From NCBI RefSeq assembly GCF_009834535.1, contig NC_045696.1, forward strand, positions 16,122,001-16,186,000: a DNA stretch of 64,000 nt, in the 5' to 3' direction. The stretch is from Camelus ferus (lineage: Eukaryota). Below the pieces are notes generated by a model, which worked only from the letters and a program-made list of their open reading frames with translations, ran no database searches and was not told the origin of the DNA. This document shows positions 42,340-55,904 of this stretch, piece by piece; the first letter of the stretch is position 1, and the number at the start of each line of letters is the position of its first letter. The position numbers and the translations under genes were made by a program.

Positions 42340-42570
42340 TCTCTCATGCAGTATTTACTGTGGGTCAGGTGCTGTTCTGAGGGCATGACAAATATTAACC
42401 CATTTGTTCCTTATCATACCCCATGAAACTACTGTTATAAATTTGCCATTTACAGATGAGGATAAGGAGGCACAGAGAGGTTAAGCAATTTGCTCATGGT
42501 TACACAGCTGAGATTCAAATCCAGGGGGGCTGGCCCCAGAGTTCATACTTCTAATCACTCCACTGTGCTG
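42340..42570 (-). mobile_element. MIR
   Basis: ccatttacagatgagga..gcacagagaggttaagcaatttgctcatggttacacagct core. Confidence 0.85.
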
Positions 42571-42800
42571 AAGCGCCCTGCTTCCTTGGAGCCTGTGTTC
42601 TGCCCACTCGGAAGAGGGCAGGAGGTAGGGGTCACTGTTGTTTCTGCCATGCAGAACAAGTTTTAGAACTTGGACATCCTAGAGCCCATGAGGCCTCTCA
42701 CTTTGTTTTCTTGTATCCTCTTTGTCCTCAAATCAGGACACAGCCCAGCCTCTCACTCGTCGCATTACCCCACCCCCCACCCCCAGCCCACCTTCTATGC

Positions 42801-42993
42801 CAGAGGTCAGCAGTCTTTCTATAAAGAGCCAGATAATAAATATTTGAGCCTCTGCAGGCCACATGCAGTCTCTGTTACCTGTTTTTCTTTCTGGTTTTTT
42901 TCCCCTTCCTTCAGCACTTTAAAAATATAAATATCACCCTGAGCTCACAACATGTACAGGAACGCGTCCTGGGCTGTGGTTTGTCATCCCCTG
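42801..42993. mobile_element. MER58-family hAT element
   Basis: cagaggtcagca..ttctataaagagccagataataaatattt...tttgtcatcccctg; TSD TTCTATGC / CTCCATGC. Confidence 0.85.
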
Positions 42994-42999
42994 CTCCAT

Positions 43000-44090
43000 G
43001 CATTGCTCATTTGTCCTTCTTTGAGCACTCTCTGTGCTCTTGTCAGCTGATTCTGTTTCTGGTGCTCAGGTTTCCCTCTTCCCCAGCACAGGGCCTTTGC
43101 ACATGCTCTACCCACTCTGCCTTGTGGAGAGCTGTCCTTGGCCCCCAGACTTCATTAACTTTGGGTTTTATTTAGGGCACGTTTCAGAGACCTTCCTAGT
43201 AGATGCCTTGCTGTACACCCCAGATCTGCTCAGAACTGTTATCTACTCATAATTGTTACAACAATAGAAAGTTAACACTTACATGGGTGATGAGGTCGCT
43301 GTCTGTCCTTTTGGCTGTTAGCCCCTGGGAGTTCTCCTTGTCCCCCAGTGTGTCTCCAGCTCCCGACACAATGTCCCTAACCAGATTCCCAGGTTCTACT
43401 CCGGTCTCCGCAGAGCCCACTCTCCCTGCTGGTTACCCAGCAACCAGACCCATCTTCGAAACAAATCTGATTGAGTCATTTCCATTGCACATAAGTAAAT
43501 GTGCTATTTCTTACCATAACCAACATGGCCTTGCAGGGTATTGTCCCACCTGTCTGTCTCCATCACCTTAACTTACACTTCTCCTGCCTTGCTCCCCCAA
43601 GCTCACTGGCTCTTTGTCGTGTTTTTTCCTTGATGGTGCTGAGCTCACCCTCATGCCAGGACCTTTGCACATGCTCTCACACCTGTCTTAACCATCTGCC
43701 CGCCTCGACTCTCTCAGCATTCCAAGTCTCTGTGCCCACAACACTTTCTCAGTGGCCTTCCCCGACCATCCTATTGAAATGCTGCCCCTGACCCCCGGGA
43801 CACACATCTGTTGTAGCCACTATGGTTAACACATAGGGCTTTCTTTTCTCTGCCATACTTGCGAATAGTTTTTTTTCCCCTTATATTCAATATTTGCTCA
43901 TATGGTGCGTCCCTCACTAAAACATATTCCAAGAAAGCAGAAGCTTTATCACGTTCAGCCGTCTACCTCTAGCATCTGGAACAGCACCAGGCACTTGGTT
44001 AAAGCACGGTCAGCATCGTTGATTGAATCACTGGTATGTGGCATTGACATGTGCTTAATAGAGTGGCTCGATGGATGAGTGAATTAATGC
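43000..44090 (+). mobile_element. L2 LINE fragments
   Basis: cagggcctttgcacatgct and caggacctttgcacatgct motifs; tails gattgaat, gatgagtgaat. Confidence 0.7.
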
Positions 44091-44609
44091 ATTACCACTT
44101 TTTTTGCTTATTATCAATTTACATCTCCCTCTCAATCCAAGACTTCACTATTCACTGACTAAAGAAAAAGTATCTGAACAGCTGGTCTCCCCAGTTGCAT
44201 ATCCCTCACTGTCAAGCTCAGAGCCTGTGTGAAAGTCTGGTGTAGTCAAGCCCGTGTACTTGCTGTTCCTGGTTGGGCATTGTCTGGGTATCCCCACCTG
44301 GTCCTCACACCCACTTTTTATGTCCCACCTGCTCAGACACCTCTAGCTCACAATGTTCACTTTCCCCTTTGAACTTCTGAAGCATTTAGTACTCAGTGTG
44401 TCTGCTACACGGGAATTAGTGTAGATGCTCTTGCCCAGAATAGGCATTTGTTAAATGTCTAAGAAGGATGGTACATCCTAGTTTAGATTAAGGCTGTGAC
44501 CTGTCTAGCTCACCCTTAATGCCTGAGTCATGAATTTTTGGTCTCTCAGGTTAGTCCTTATCTTCCTACAGCAGGAGTGTGACCTGGGGCGGGCGGGGGG
44601 GGTAAGCTT

Positions 44610-45100
44610 GTGACAGTTTACAAGGGAGGCTTTTAGCTACAGATAACCAAAACCCAGTCGTTAACATTTGCAAAATTCAAACCCCCAAATTTATCCTTTC
44701 CCACCCCTTTCCTCCTGGTAACCATAACTTCAGTTTTAAAAAAATTAAAAAAAAATAAACAGTCGTTAGTGGTTGGAGCGCTGGGCTGCTGCTGTGATAC
44801 AGAGATACCACCTTTTTGTATCTTTCCACCCCAGCATCCTAATCAGCTTCTGCAAACTAATGTTTGTCACCTAACAGTTGACAGATGGCTGTCGCCCCTC
44901 CAGATGGAGAGAAAGTAGAAGGTAAAAGAACAAAAGCGCTCTGAACATCAGCAGGAACCTTCTCATCTGGAAAGGAAAAGCCCTCCTCAGAGCCCCACCT
45001 GGAAGTCCAGGCAGGGGTCTTTTGGCGTCTGTGATGCGGAAGCATGTCAGTCACGTGGCCTTCCCTGCCGGCAAGGGCATGGAGTGTTCGTTTTCTTACT
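44610..45100. mobile_element. MLT1-type LTR fragment, interrupted by a mini L1
   Basis: ggcttttagctacagataaccaaaacc start; gatggctgtcgcccctccag and gtcacgtggccttccctgccggcaaggg motifs. Confidence 0.6.
44664..44759 (+). mobile_element. Miniature 5'-inverted L1 insertion (96 bp)
   Basis: Antisense L1 3' UTR piece (ccaaatttatcctttcccacccc..ctggtaaccata) fused to sense terminus acttca plus A-tail; TSD CAGTCGTTA at 44655-44663 and 44760-44768. Confidence 0.85.
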
Positions 45101-45759
45101 TTCTCTGGTCAAAGAAGCCACGGGGAAAGGAGTTAGGAATGCGTTTGGGGTAGCTTACAAACCGTTTCTGCTGCAGGGCACTTTTCAGGAGAGAAGGTTA
45201 ATTAAATTCTCAGAGATCGTTTCATTGAAAAATCAATATACCCATTACCTAAGGAATGTCATCAAAACAACTGTGCTGAAACTCAGTGGACTGCTAAAGA
45301 GAAAGCTGTGGGGAATCAGTTTTTAAATGATGTTACCTGTAGGTAACAGAGATTCTAAGAGTACAACATTAAAAGTAGATAACTTTTTTTTAGTAATTAT
45401 CAACATATGGTAGATTGAATTTTCTGAGCATCGAATTCATTTACAAAATATCTAGACTATCTAAATGAATTAATTAATTAATTTAGAGAGTTAGTTACTT
45501 AACTAATTCAATGAGGTGATGTTTGAAGGAGCCGTAGATTTATGAATCATAAACTTTCTTTTCTTTCTTTCTTTTTTCTTTTTTTTTTTTTTTTTTTTTG
45601 CATCCAGCTCCTTATAAGGGGGGTGTAGAGTGGAGGTATATTTTTTTCAGATTTGGAGACCCTGAAAATAACGATTTTATTAATTAACACGCTCTTATTC
45701 AAGACCAGTGGTGAGGGTATTTACAAAGAGTGAGGCGTCACAGTAGCAGAGTCCTCTCC

Positions 45760-46055
45760 CTTTTTATGCTTCATGCTGAACTGTGATGCACGTAAAGAGA
45801 AATGCACATAAAACACAGGTCTACAGCTCGATGGATTTGCAAAACTCACCACAACCAGATAGCCGACAGCCGGGTCAACACAGAGCCTGACTTCAGCCCC
45901 CAGAAGCCTCTCTCCTGTTCCCTCCCAGTCACTAACCTTCCCTTTGCCAAAGTGTAACAACAGCTCCTCTGAGTTCTACCGGTGGTGAGAAGTCATTGTT
46001 TTCATAGTTTATATAAATGGAAAAAGACAGTGTATCCTCTTGTATGTCTGGCTTC
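45760..46055 (-). mobile_element. Old L1 (L1ME-like) 3' end
   Basis: agaaatgcacata..tacagctcgatggattt; ccccagaagcctc..ccctcccagtca; tttatataaatggaa. Confidence 0.75.
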
Positions 46056-48989
46056 TAATGGTGCCTTTAAGTGGAAAAGAGACGGGTTTTTTTCTTATTT
46101 AGCTGTCCTCCCCTCAAAACATTTGCTCAGAACCATGAAGAATTGACTTCCTTTCCTTTATATTTTCTGACATTTTCTAGCAACTTCTGATTTTCCTAAT
46201 TCAGCAGCAGTGCTGGGAACTGCTTTCCTCCAGGATAAACTGACTTATCCAGTCATTGTACCTTTCAGGCTAAACTGGCGGCGCTAAGACCTGGGGCAGA
46301 AGGGGTGGGAAAGAACTGTCTGTTTACAGTTTTTGTTTTATTTTCTCCCTGTTCCCAACTCTGGGAGACTCCTTCCCCTTTCTAGATCACCACGGAAGTG
46401 TCTGAGTAGCTTCCTGTTGAGACTTGTCCGTCTGGTCCCAGGTTGGTCCTTACATTTCAAGAACCGACAGCTGTTCTGTCTGACTCTCCCCCCATCACTG
46501 CTGTACAGTCAGGTCTCGTGGTTGTCCAATTCATATAAACCATGGAGACCTGCTTTCTCTCTGCCATTTCCTCTCCTTTGTCCTATGAAGGGGAAGCAAA
46601 AAAGACTCAGTCTTAGAGACAATGAAAGAATAAATATAGACTTTTTTTTTTAAGAGAATGCAAATGGTGAATTGAATTGTTTTGCGTGACTTAAACAAAA
46701 AGGAATTAAAACTAGTATGGGAGTCAAACACTCTCACTCTCTAAAGGAAATACCAGGGGGTCAAATGGACTCTGTCAAGGTCAGGCTTAAATCCCCTTTG
46801 TGATGCAGTGTCTCCTTCACCAAACTGAAGTCTTGTGTGCCAACACGCACGATTTTGTCATCAGTGGTTTATTTCCTCATAATAATGTCCCTTTGACCCT
46901 TTACTCTTCTTATTAAATTCAGACACTCCTGAGGGGATGAGCATTTTTAGATAGTTCCTCTTTCTTTAGAAGTGTTTCTTATTACTGGAATTTAAACGCT
47001 GTAAAAGGCTGTCTACTGTAAATTGACATATGCTGAAATATGTGAATGTGATATGAATGTTCCACCGTGTTACCAGGGGACTGCGTTACTGTAAGTTGTT
47101 TGATTGTTTGTAAGGAAGTTGCTTTATGATTCTCAGCATCTCATTTCCATAAACTTCCTTGCATTTTCTTCTGCTGTGATCAGCTCTCTAAAAACCTACT
47201 CACCTTAATCACATCACAGAATGACATTGTCCAGCAGTTAAAAAGGAGGGTAGAAAAGTAATTTTTTCCCCTTTCTGTGTTTCCAGATATTTATGAAAAC
47301 TGCAGTTAAAAATTGTAATGTTGGTCGGTTGGGCATTCTTTGGGAAGATGCCACATTCATTAAAACATAACTGTGTGCTGCTGTTTTAATAGTGTCCAAA
47401 TAGATCACTGAATTCATGGACATCTAAATTTAATTCCAGGAATCAAAGCTATGGTAATAAGAACTGGACCCGAGTTCTCTTAGGCGAAGTAATTTAATTC
47501 CTCCGCCAGCTGAACCATCATGGATCTCGAGTCCTTGTTATTATGCCAGTAAATTGCTCAGGCAGATGCAGTGATGGGTGATAGGCATCTATTTCACTCT
47601 TTCCTGGCCAGACACATACCAGAATGCAGATCACTTAAAACACAGCTGTTTTCATAAGCATGTTTTCTGTTTGGAGTTTTAAATGCAACATGTCAGTCTT
47701 AACAGAGACTGTTGGGGGAGGTCCCTGGGGATACCCGGGTCGTGTTTTCACCATCCCACCTGGAAGCACAGTGCTGTCCTAACCCTGGATCACACACCTG
47801 GATCCTGTCACTCCACTCCTGCTTCAAGACAGCATGCATTCATCACGGTTTAAGGGGAAGACGCTTTTGATTGGGTTTCCCCCCCTGGTTTAACCTGAAT
47901 TTTCCCCCAAATTTAGAGAACTATATAGTGTTGGTGCCTACGATCTTGTACTGAATACGAAAGATAGCCCCAACACACTAAACTGGCTGATGGCATAGAT
48001 TAAGTCATCTTTATTTTATTCACTTCACTTCATTTATTCCATTAATAATGACTTATTTATTGATAGATTATTACTATTAATGTTATTCTGTCTGATAAAT
48101 TGCACCTCATTCTTATCTTTAGCCACATGCTTCAACTTCTTTGGATAAGTTCATTTATTATCCATTTCTCATATTTAATCTGGATTAGAAAGACGTTCCA
48201 CTTGGGGTGGGGGGTTATACACATATGCAATAGTCCTTTAAATTCTGAGTTAGTCAGGGAATTCCCTCTTCACATATCTTTCTCTTTTTCACCCTCAGCA
48301 TTTGTGGCTATCTTATCAGACTTTCAGTATTTGAAAGCCTTCTACCATCTTCCTTTCTGGCTCCCTACACCACTCTTTTCCCTGCCATTTTTGAAATCCG
48401 ATTTTCTGTACAATGCGGAACTCACACTAGCATCCCAAGGCTTCATGTTGTGGCTGATACCAACCCCCCAGCTTCCTGTCACTTTTCCCAACAGGGAGCT
48501 TCTCCCTGTAGGCAGGCATCAGCTCTGGGCTAAAATTTAAATGTCAACAAGGCATAAATAAATCCTTTTCCTTTGGTGCTACTTACCAAATAGGACCTGT
48601 GGCAGATGCTCTGGTGAGCTGACATCCTCCAGCACATCTACATCTTTCTCCTGTATGGGTTTTGTGATCTGATCAAGGGTGAAATTTCTATTTCTCCTCT
48701 CCAGCCAGATGACACGTGATACGCTTTCACTATTGAACACTTACATTCCAATCTTTATTTGTCATCTTCCACATGCTCTCGACCACGTCTGTACTGGTAG
48801 GTACATGACTGCCGCAAGAACATCCTACTAGGACTTAACTGATTTTGTTCCAGATGTGGTCTTCTTTGGCCATCCACATTTGCAGACTTATTACTTACCA
48901 GTCTGATTAAGTATGTACATGTTTAATGCCATAAATACTACTCCTGACCCCCTTGCCAATTACGCTGTGACTTACTGCCTGTCTGCTAC

Positions 48990-49192
48990 CATTATTCTCA
49001 GTATTGCATATGTCAGAACATTGTCCCCCAGCCATCAGCATCAGTATCACCTGGGAACTTGTTCGAAATCCCAATTCTCAGCCCTCATCCCAGACCACTG
49101 ATCAGAAACCTGGGGGTGGTGCCTGGTGATCTCTGTTTTAATAAGATTTTCGGGTGCATCCTTCTGATACTCACTGAAATTTGAGAACCACT
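48990..49192. mobile_element. MER5A element
   Basis: cagcatcagtatcacctgggaacttgtt...tcagaaacctgggggtgg...tttgagaaccactg. Confidence 0.88.
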
Positions 49193-49249
49193 GAAATATC
49201 TGATATTCTAGAACGTTTACACAACTAGCAAAAAGGAACACGGCTGTAG

Positions 49250-49545
49250 TTTCAATAGTTTCATACAACACTTCACCATTTTACACTTTTAAGCATATAA
49301 CTCAGTGATGTTAAGCACATTCAAAATGTTGTGTAACCATCACCTCCATTTCCGAACTTTTTCATCATCCCAGACAAATAAGTGGAATCATTTTATATTT
49401 GTCCTTTTAAATTCAGCTTATTTCACCTAGCATAAGGTTTCCAAGGTTCATCCATATTGTAACATGTATCAATACTTCGTCCCTTTTTATGTTGAATAAT
49501 GTTCCATTAGGTGCACAGACTACATTTTGTTGGTATATTCAGCTG
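49250..49545 (-). mobile_element. L1 (L1MB-like) 3' fragment
   Basis: ttcaccatttt..aagcacattcaaaatgttgtgtaaccatcacc; caaggttcatccatattgta. Confidence 0.8.
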
Positions 49546-49754
49546 ACCATTGAGTATTACAGATTTATTTAAGCCAATTTCTTCTTCCCTCTCCCATTCC
49601 AGTTTAAACTTTCAATAGCCATTTTGAACCAGTTTCCACCTCCCTTTACTGAATATCTACTATGCAAGTGCTGTGTGCTGTCTTCTCATACATTACAAGA
49701 GGTCATCCCAGTAATACAGTAAACTCTGTTTTGTTCCCCCTCCCCCACCCCAGC

Positions 49755-50135
49755 CTTTTTAATAGACTTCATTGTTTAGAGCAGTTTTATGTTTAGAAAA
49801 AATTCGAGCAGGAAGTACAGAGTTCCCTCTGCCCCTCCCCCATTATTAACATTTTGCATCAGTATTGTACACTTGAACCAATGTCGATGCATTATTATTC
49901 ACTTGAAGTTCATCGTTTACATTAGAGTTCACTTTTCGTGTCGTATGGTTCTGTGGGTTTTGGCACATGATGTTGTGTATCCACTGACTGAGTATCTTAC
50001 AGAGCAATTTCACTGCCCTGTGCTCTGCCTTTTCATCCTTTCCTTCCTCACCACAGACTCCTAGCAACCACTGATCTTTTTTATGGTCTCCATAATTTTG
50101 CCTTTTCCAGAATGTCCTATAGTTGGAATCATGGT
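49755..50135 (-). mobile_element. L1 (L1MC-like) 3' end inserted within a MIR (~49640-50265)
   Basis: tttagagcagtttt..gaagtacagagttccc...agcaaccactgatcttttt..gccttttccagaatgtc; MIR-like sequence on both sides. Confidence 0.8.
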
Positions 50136-50279
50136 ATCCTCGTTTTGCAGCTGCGCAAACTAAAAAGAGCTGTGCTCAAGGGTAAAAAGTTGCAGACCTA
50201 CTGAGCTGGGATTCATACTCTGACCTGCTGGCTTCGAACCTTGTGTGTGTGTTTAACTTAGCACCACATTCCTTCTTAA

Positions 50280-50707
<428 letters not shown>

Positions 50708-51749
50708 CCACTCTTGAATTTTCCTTCTCAGGGGAAAAGGAAGCCTGTCACACCAGAGTTTGAAATTTCTCTCCAACCTACCACCACTGCCGTCCTCAAC
50801 CACAAGTAAAAATTCCACAATAACAAAGCTATCCTATTCTTGTTGAACTCTTTTTGGTTTAACAAGCAGTCCAACAATTCATTTCAAATCACGTGAAATC
50901 CTGCTATTACAGGCTATTCTGTGCCTGTGTGTATGCTTCTTGGCACATTGTTGGGCAGAACCCTACCTAACTGGGCGCCATGTCATTTGACAAAGGCCGA
51001 GTTGGGGGACCTCCTTGGCGTTCTCCTGACAGTGGTGTTTATTACACTCCGTTGTCTTTGCCTCTTCCGCCTCCTAGACTATGAGCTCCTTGATGTCAAA
51101 GGCTGAATTTTACTTAGTATGGTGCAGAGTGCCTGCCTTAGAGAAAATTTTCAGTATATCTTAGTTGAGTAAGTAATTGCGGTTAGATTTCACTAAAGCA
51201 GAAGAAGGGTATTTGGTAAGTATCGCATTATTGTTTGCTGTGAAACTTAACTTGTATGACTTATGTTGTCTTTCCATTATCTTATTGGGGGAAGTGACAG
51301 TGCCTTCTCAGAGAGGTAGATGTATCTTTAAGATCTTAGACTTTCTTTTTCTGTTTAGTTAAGCTCTTATTGGAAAGGTTAGAAACTGAATGAACTAAAA
51401 GACTTCCTTCTTGTCTCCATGAAATAAAAACAAGCATTCTGTTTACATTAAACAACCAAAACTAGTGAATCTTTGGGTATGCCTTCCTTAAAGGGTGTGC
51501 ATTTGTTGTGCAAATTGTAAAAGATGGCTCTAGAATCAGATTGAATGAATATATACAGAATTATTGAGTTTTAATGTATTGCAAATACTTTTAAAGTCTA
51601 TCCACAAATGTTACAACATTGTAAGTCTTGCTTTCACTTTTATTGATTTCAGCTCCATTGTTAAATTGGAGCTTAAAATGGGATACTTTTTTTTTGCCTC
51701 AAGTAAGTTATTAATGATCATTGTAGTATCTTCTTCCCTTCACTGCATC

Positions 51750-52055
51750 TTTTATAACTTTATTAAGGTATAATTTACATGTAAAATTCACTCTTTTTAA
51801 GGGTATAGGCATATAATTCAGTGGCATTAATAACTTTATCAAACTGTGAAACCATCACCATAAACCAGTCTTAGCACATTTTCATTATCCAGTAAGAGCC
51901 CTCACACCCACTCGGTTAATCCTTGCTCTCACTGCCAGCCCCAAGCAACCACTAATCTACTTTACATCTCTACAGATTTGCCTTTTCTCAACATTTAATA
52001 CAAGTAGGGTCACACATGGCCTTTTGTGTCTGGCTGCTTTCGCTTAAGATAGTAG
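51750..52055 (-). mobile_element. L1 (L1MB-like) 3' end
   Basis: aacttttattaaggtataatttaca; ccagccccaagcaaccactaatctacttt; ggccttttgtgtctggct. Confidence 0.85.
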
Positions 52056-52529
52056 TTAAGGTGAAACTTACTAGGCAGAATAACATTAATAATAACCTAT
52101 CGATAAATAAGTTCTGCATTTCTTTAACTTGAAACTTTTAAAACTGAGATTCTGACTTGAACACTCAGAGTTAGCTTAAAAAATCTATTGGGAGTATCAC
52201 ATATACTATAGAAATTAACATATAGTACAAGATAGATTGTTTAACTTTATCATCTACTTAATGGCAACTCCTTGCATTTAAGTAAATGCACATTTTGTTT
52301 GAGCCACTGTTTTTCAAGTACACAAGATACTCTTTCCCAGGGTCTTTTCCATGCCCCTCCTGGGATCATTGGTGGCAGATCGTCTACATGAACTTGTTAG
52401 CTTCTATTTTCCTAGCGTGGAAAGGACAGATTTTTCAGGGCTTCTTTTTCTTGAAACCTAAAAGACGTGTGACTGCATACTACAGCAGCGAATATTCTGC
52501 TGCGGGACTCCAGGTCTTGTGATCTCCAT

Positions 52530-53110
52530 CAAGATAGCTGTCTGCATAATCAACATTGCCCACTTGCTCACATTTGTTTTTGGAGTACCTCTGTGGTACA
52601 GGCCATTTTGCTGGGCTCAGTGGATCGATCAAACTGAGAATACACAGGGCAGCAGACCCTCATGGGCGTTCATGTCTAGTAGGAAGCATAGGTCAAAGAA
52701 ATGTGACGTCTGTGTTGCAAAACCTACAAGCCCAGAGCCTATTTCAAAGAATAAGAGATTGATCAGAGAAGGGTCTATGAAAGAGATGGCACTTGAAGGA
52801 GAACTGGAAAGGCTCGTGGTGGAGCTCCTGATGGGTTTTCTTGTAGCCTCCTTTAGAGTCAGTAGGAAGAGGAAAACCAATGTGGTGCCTTGGCAAGGCA
52901 CATGGCATGCTTGGGAGACAGGGTCAGTCCAGTTTAAACTGGAGCAGATAAATATGCCATAAGAAGGTTACAGGATATTAGGTTGGAACTAAATTGTGGA
53001 GACCTTCAATGCCAGGCTGGCAAGTGTGGATCTTAACCAAGAGTGGTCAATTCAGGACCTACTGTGTGCTGGGGGTTTTTCTAGTAGAAACAGTGAAGAG
53101 ATTTTGTTCT
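52530..53110 (-). mobile_element. L2 LINE fragment
   Basis: tttttggagtacctctgtggtacaggccatttt; purine-rich antisense L2 pattern; explains ORF 52519..52962. Confidence 0.6.
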
Positions 53111-53478
53111 CTGTTACTGCTGTTGAGGGGATGGATGAACAGGGAGGACATAATTTATGCAGTGTATGAGAGAATGCCGCATAAATTTATGCCTGTATTT
53201 CAGACCAGGACAGAATTCTCTTGGGATAATATGGTCTTGTTAAATTCTGAGTAAATCCAGTTCTTGCTTCAGTTTTTCTCCAAATGTAGCATTGTTAGGT
53301 ATTAAGATAGAACAGAGGGACAAATATGTTGTAGTATTTTTTTATAGAAAGACAAAGCAATTAAAGGAGAATTTAGGGGAAAAAATCTCAGGCTAAAGAT
53401 AAAAAAAAAAAGAAAAAGTAGCCTTAAAAGATAAGTTAATAATGCTGATGTCAAGAAGAGCATTAAAAGTTACCTCTA

Positions 53479-53987
53479 TTTGTTTTTTTTTTTTTTTAAG
53501 ATTCCAAATACAAGTGATATCATATGGTATTTTTCTTTCTCTTTCTGGCTTACTTCACTTAGAATGATGGTCTCCGGGTCCACCCATGTTGCTGCAAATG
53601 GCATTATTTTATTCTTTTTTTAATGGCTGATTAGTATTCTATTGTATACATATATATATGTATGTGTGTATGTGTATGTGTATATATATATATACACATA
53701 CACACACACCACATATTCTTTATCCACAGAGGAAAGAAAGGAGGTGGGAAGGGATAAATTGGGAGTTCAAGATTTGCAGATACTAACTATTATATATAAA
53801 ACAGATAAATAACAAATTTCTACTATATAGCACAGGGAATTATATTCAATATCTTGTAGTAACCTATAATGAAAAAGAAGATGAAAACGAATATATTTAT
53901 GTATGTATATGACTGAAACATGCTGTATACCAGAAATTGATGCAACAGTATAAACTGACTATATACTTCAATTTAAAAAAAAGAAAA
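53479..53987 (+). mobile_element. Lineage-specific L1 with 5' inversion (inverted 53479-53726; sense 53727-53987)
   Basis: Antisense L1 containing an expanded (TA/TG/CA)n, joined to sense gggaagggataaattgggag...tatacttcaattt plus A-tail; TSD-like AAAAGTTACCTCTA / AAAGGTAACCTTCTA. Confidence 0.88.
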
Positions 53988-55607
53988 AAAGGTAACCTTC
54001 TAAAAGCAAATAGTTGATCATTTAGCGGTATCAGCTATTAATGCTAGGAATAAAAGAGCCTTTAATGGGAATCCATCCACCCATCTAAGACTCCTGAAAT
54101 GGACAAAAGCTGTCACTGAGGCAAGTCCTTCTGGGAAAGGAACCTTAAGAGGAGAAACATGTTATGGTATATTGCATCCGTGTCAGAGTTTTCTGTATTC
54201 CCAGCTAATTCCGATAAAGAAGTCAAAGCTCTAGATGGTGACAGTAAAGGGGCCAGCTACCTAGAGCCCTTTCCCTCCACACCATTGGTGTGGAAGATGA
54301 GTTACAGCTCTTCCCTGGTGAAGAATGATGGGTGCCGTAAGTGATGGCTCACCTTGTGAACTCTCACTACAAGTTGCCCGATCCTGGGCTGAAAATAAAA
54401 CCTGGAAATGACTTGAAGAGAAGAGAGATTGAAAAGAGGCTTACAATCTAGTTTCCAATGTTAATGTTTCAGTGCCCAAGAGGAAGTGTGATTTACAACC
54501 GTGCTTAATAAGAAAGTTGTTTCTTCATTACCAACATATTGCTACTAATACGAGTCTTTAATGTGCTTCAATAAAAATATTAAAAAATTTAGAAAACTCT
54601 ATAGTTTTGTAACCTGTTAAAATTTGAAAGACAGGAGCAGAGGAAGGGAAAACAGGACATTTCAGCATGGTCATAAAACGTTCAGCCATATTGTATTAGA
54701 ATCATTGATACCAACATGCAAGGTGTTAGTTCCGACTGTGTCACTGATTCCAGAGGAGAGAGGGCTTGTGGGGAAGTGAGCACAACATCCGTTTGGCTTT
54801 AGGATCTCTGGTTTTGACCTAGGGGAGTAAGCCAATGCCACTTTGAGTACAACAATAGTATATGAGACACTGGCTCCCAGTTTCCTGTGTTTTGATATAG
54901 GATTGCATTTCATGAACCTAAGACATCGGGGTAATCTGTGACTCAACCATGAGTTCTAAACTCTGATTCAATATGGGTATTTTAATAAATGACATAGTCT
55001 TTGATTTAATCTAGCCAGTTTTGGCCATCCAGAGTGACCTTTTTTTCCCCTAATGTTCATTGATTCAGCAAATACATATTCTGCCTCTGCTGATGGTCGG
55101 GCACTTTCCTCCTGTGGAAGGTATCATGGGGGAGTTGGCTATCACTGTTGTGACAGATGAGGCATCAGGCTGGAATTTCTTGTGTTTTCAGAATCACCAC
55201 TCCCCTTGCCCTTTGGGGCAGTGATTCCTTTAATCCTTGAATATGCTGCATGGTTGAAATTTTACTTCCCCATTTAAAGCCAAGGTAGCTAAAGCTGAGA
55301 GAAATTTTTAAAAAACTGTCCATGGTCACACAGCTGGTCAGTGGTGAAGCCAGGATTTGCAGGATATTTCTACTACCCTAATGTCAAGCTTTTCTTTTTC
55401 CTTTTGTTTATGAATACACACTAGTTCAGTTTAACCTGTGTTCCCTCGTAAAAGTGTATTCCTTCACTATAGACATATATTCATCTTACTATTATTTCAC
55501 TCTGAGCATTTCCTAAATTTTAGAATTCTTATTTAAATAATAATAATTATTATTGTTATTATTATATTATAATCTATTATTATTATATCAAATGATGGCT
55601 ATGGCTC

Positions 55608-55825
55608 ACAGGTTGGCAAACTCTGGCCATGAGCTGAATCTGGCCTGTCATCTGTTTTCTAATCAAAAGGTTTTATTAGGACACAGCCAATCCTATTTGT
55701 TTTCACATTATCGATGGCTGTTTTCCTAGTCCAGAGACAGAGTTGAGTGGTTTGCAAAAGACACCATGGGGCCTGCAAAGCTGAAAATATTTACTATCCA
55801 GGCCTTTACAGGAAACCTCTGATAC
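55608..55825. mobile_element. MER58A element
   Basis: caggttggcaaact..ggcctgcaaagctgaaaatatttactatc..ggcctttacagga. Confidence 0.85.
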
Positions 55826-55904
55826 TGATCATTTGAAAAATACTAGAAGGTTTTAATATTTCACATACTACCATAACAAGTTAATTTCATCACGGTAGTT
55901 TTCT

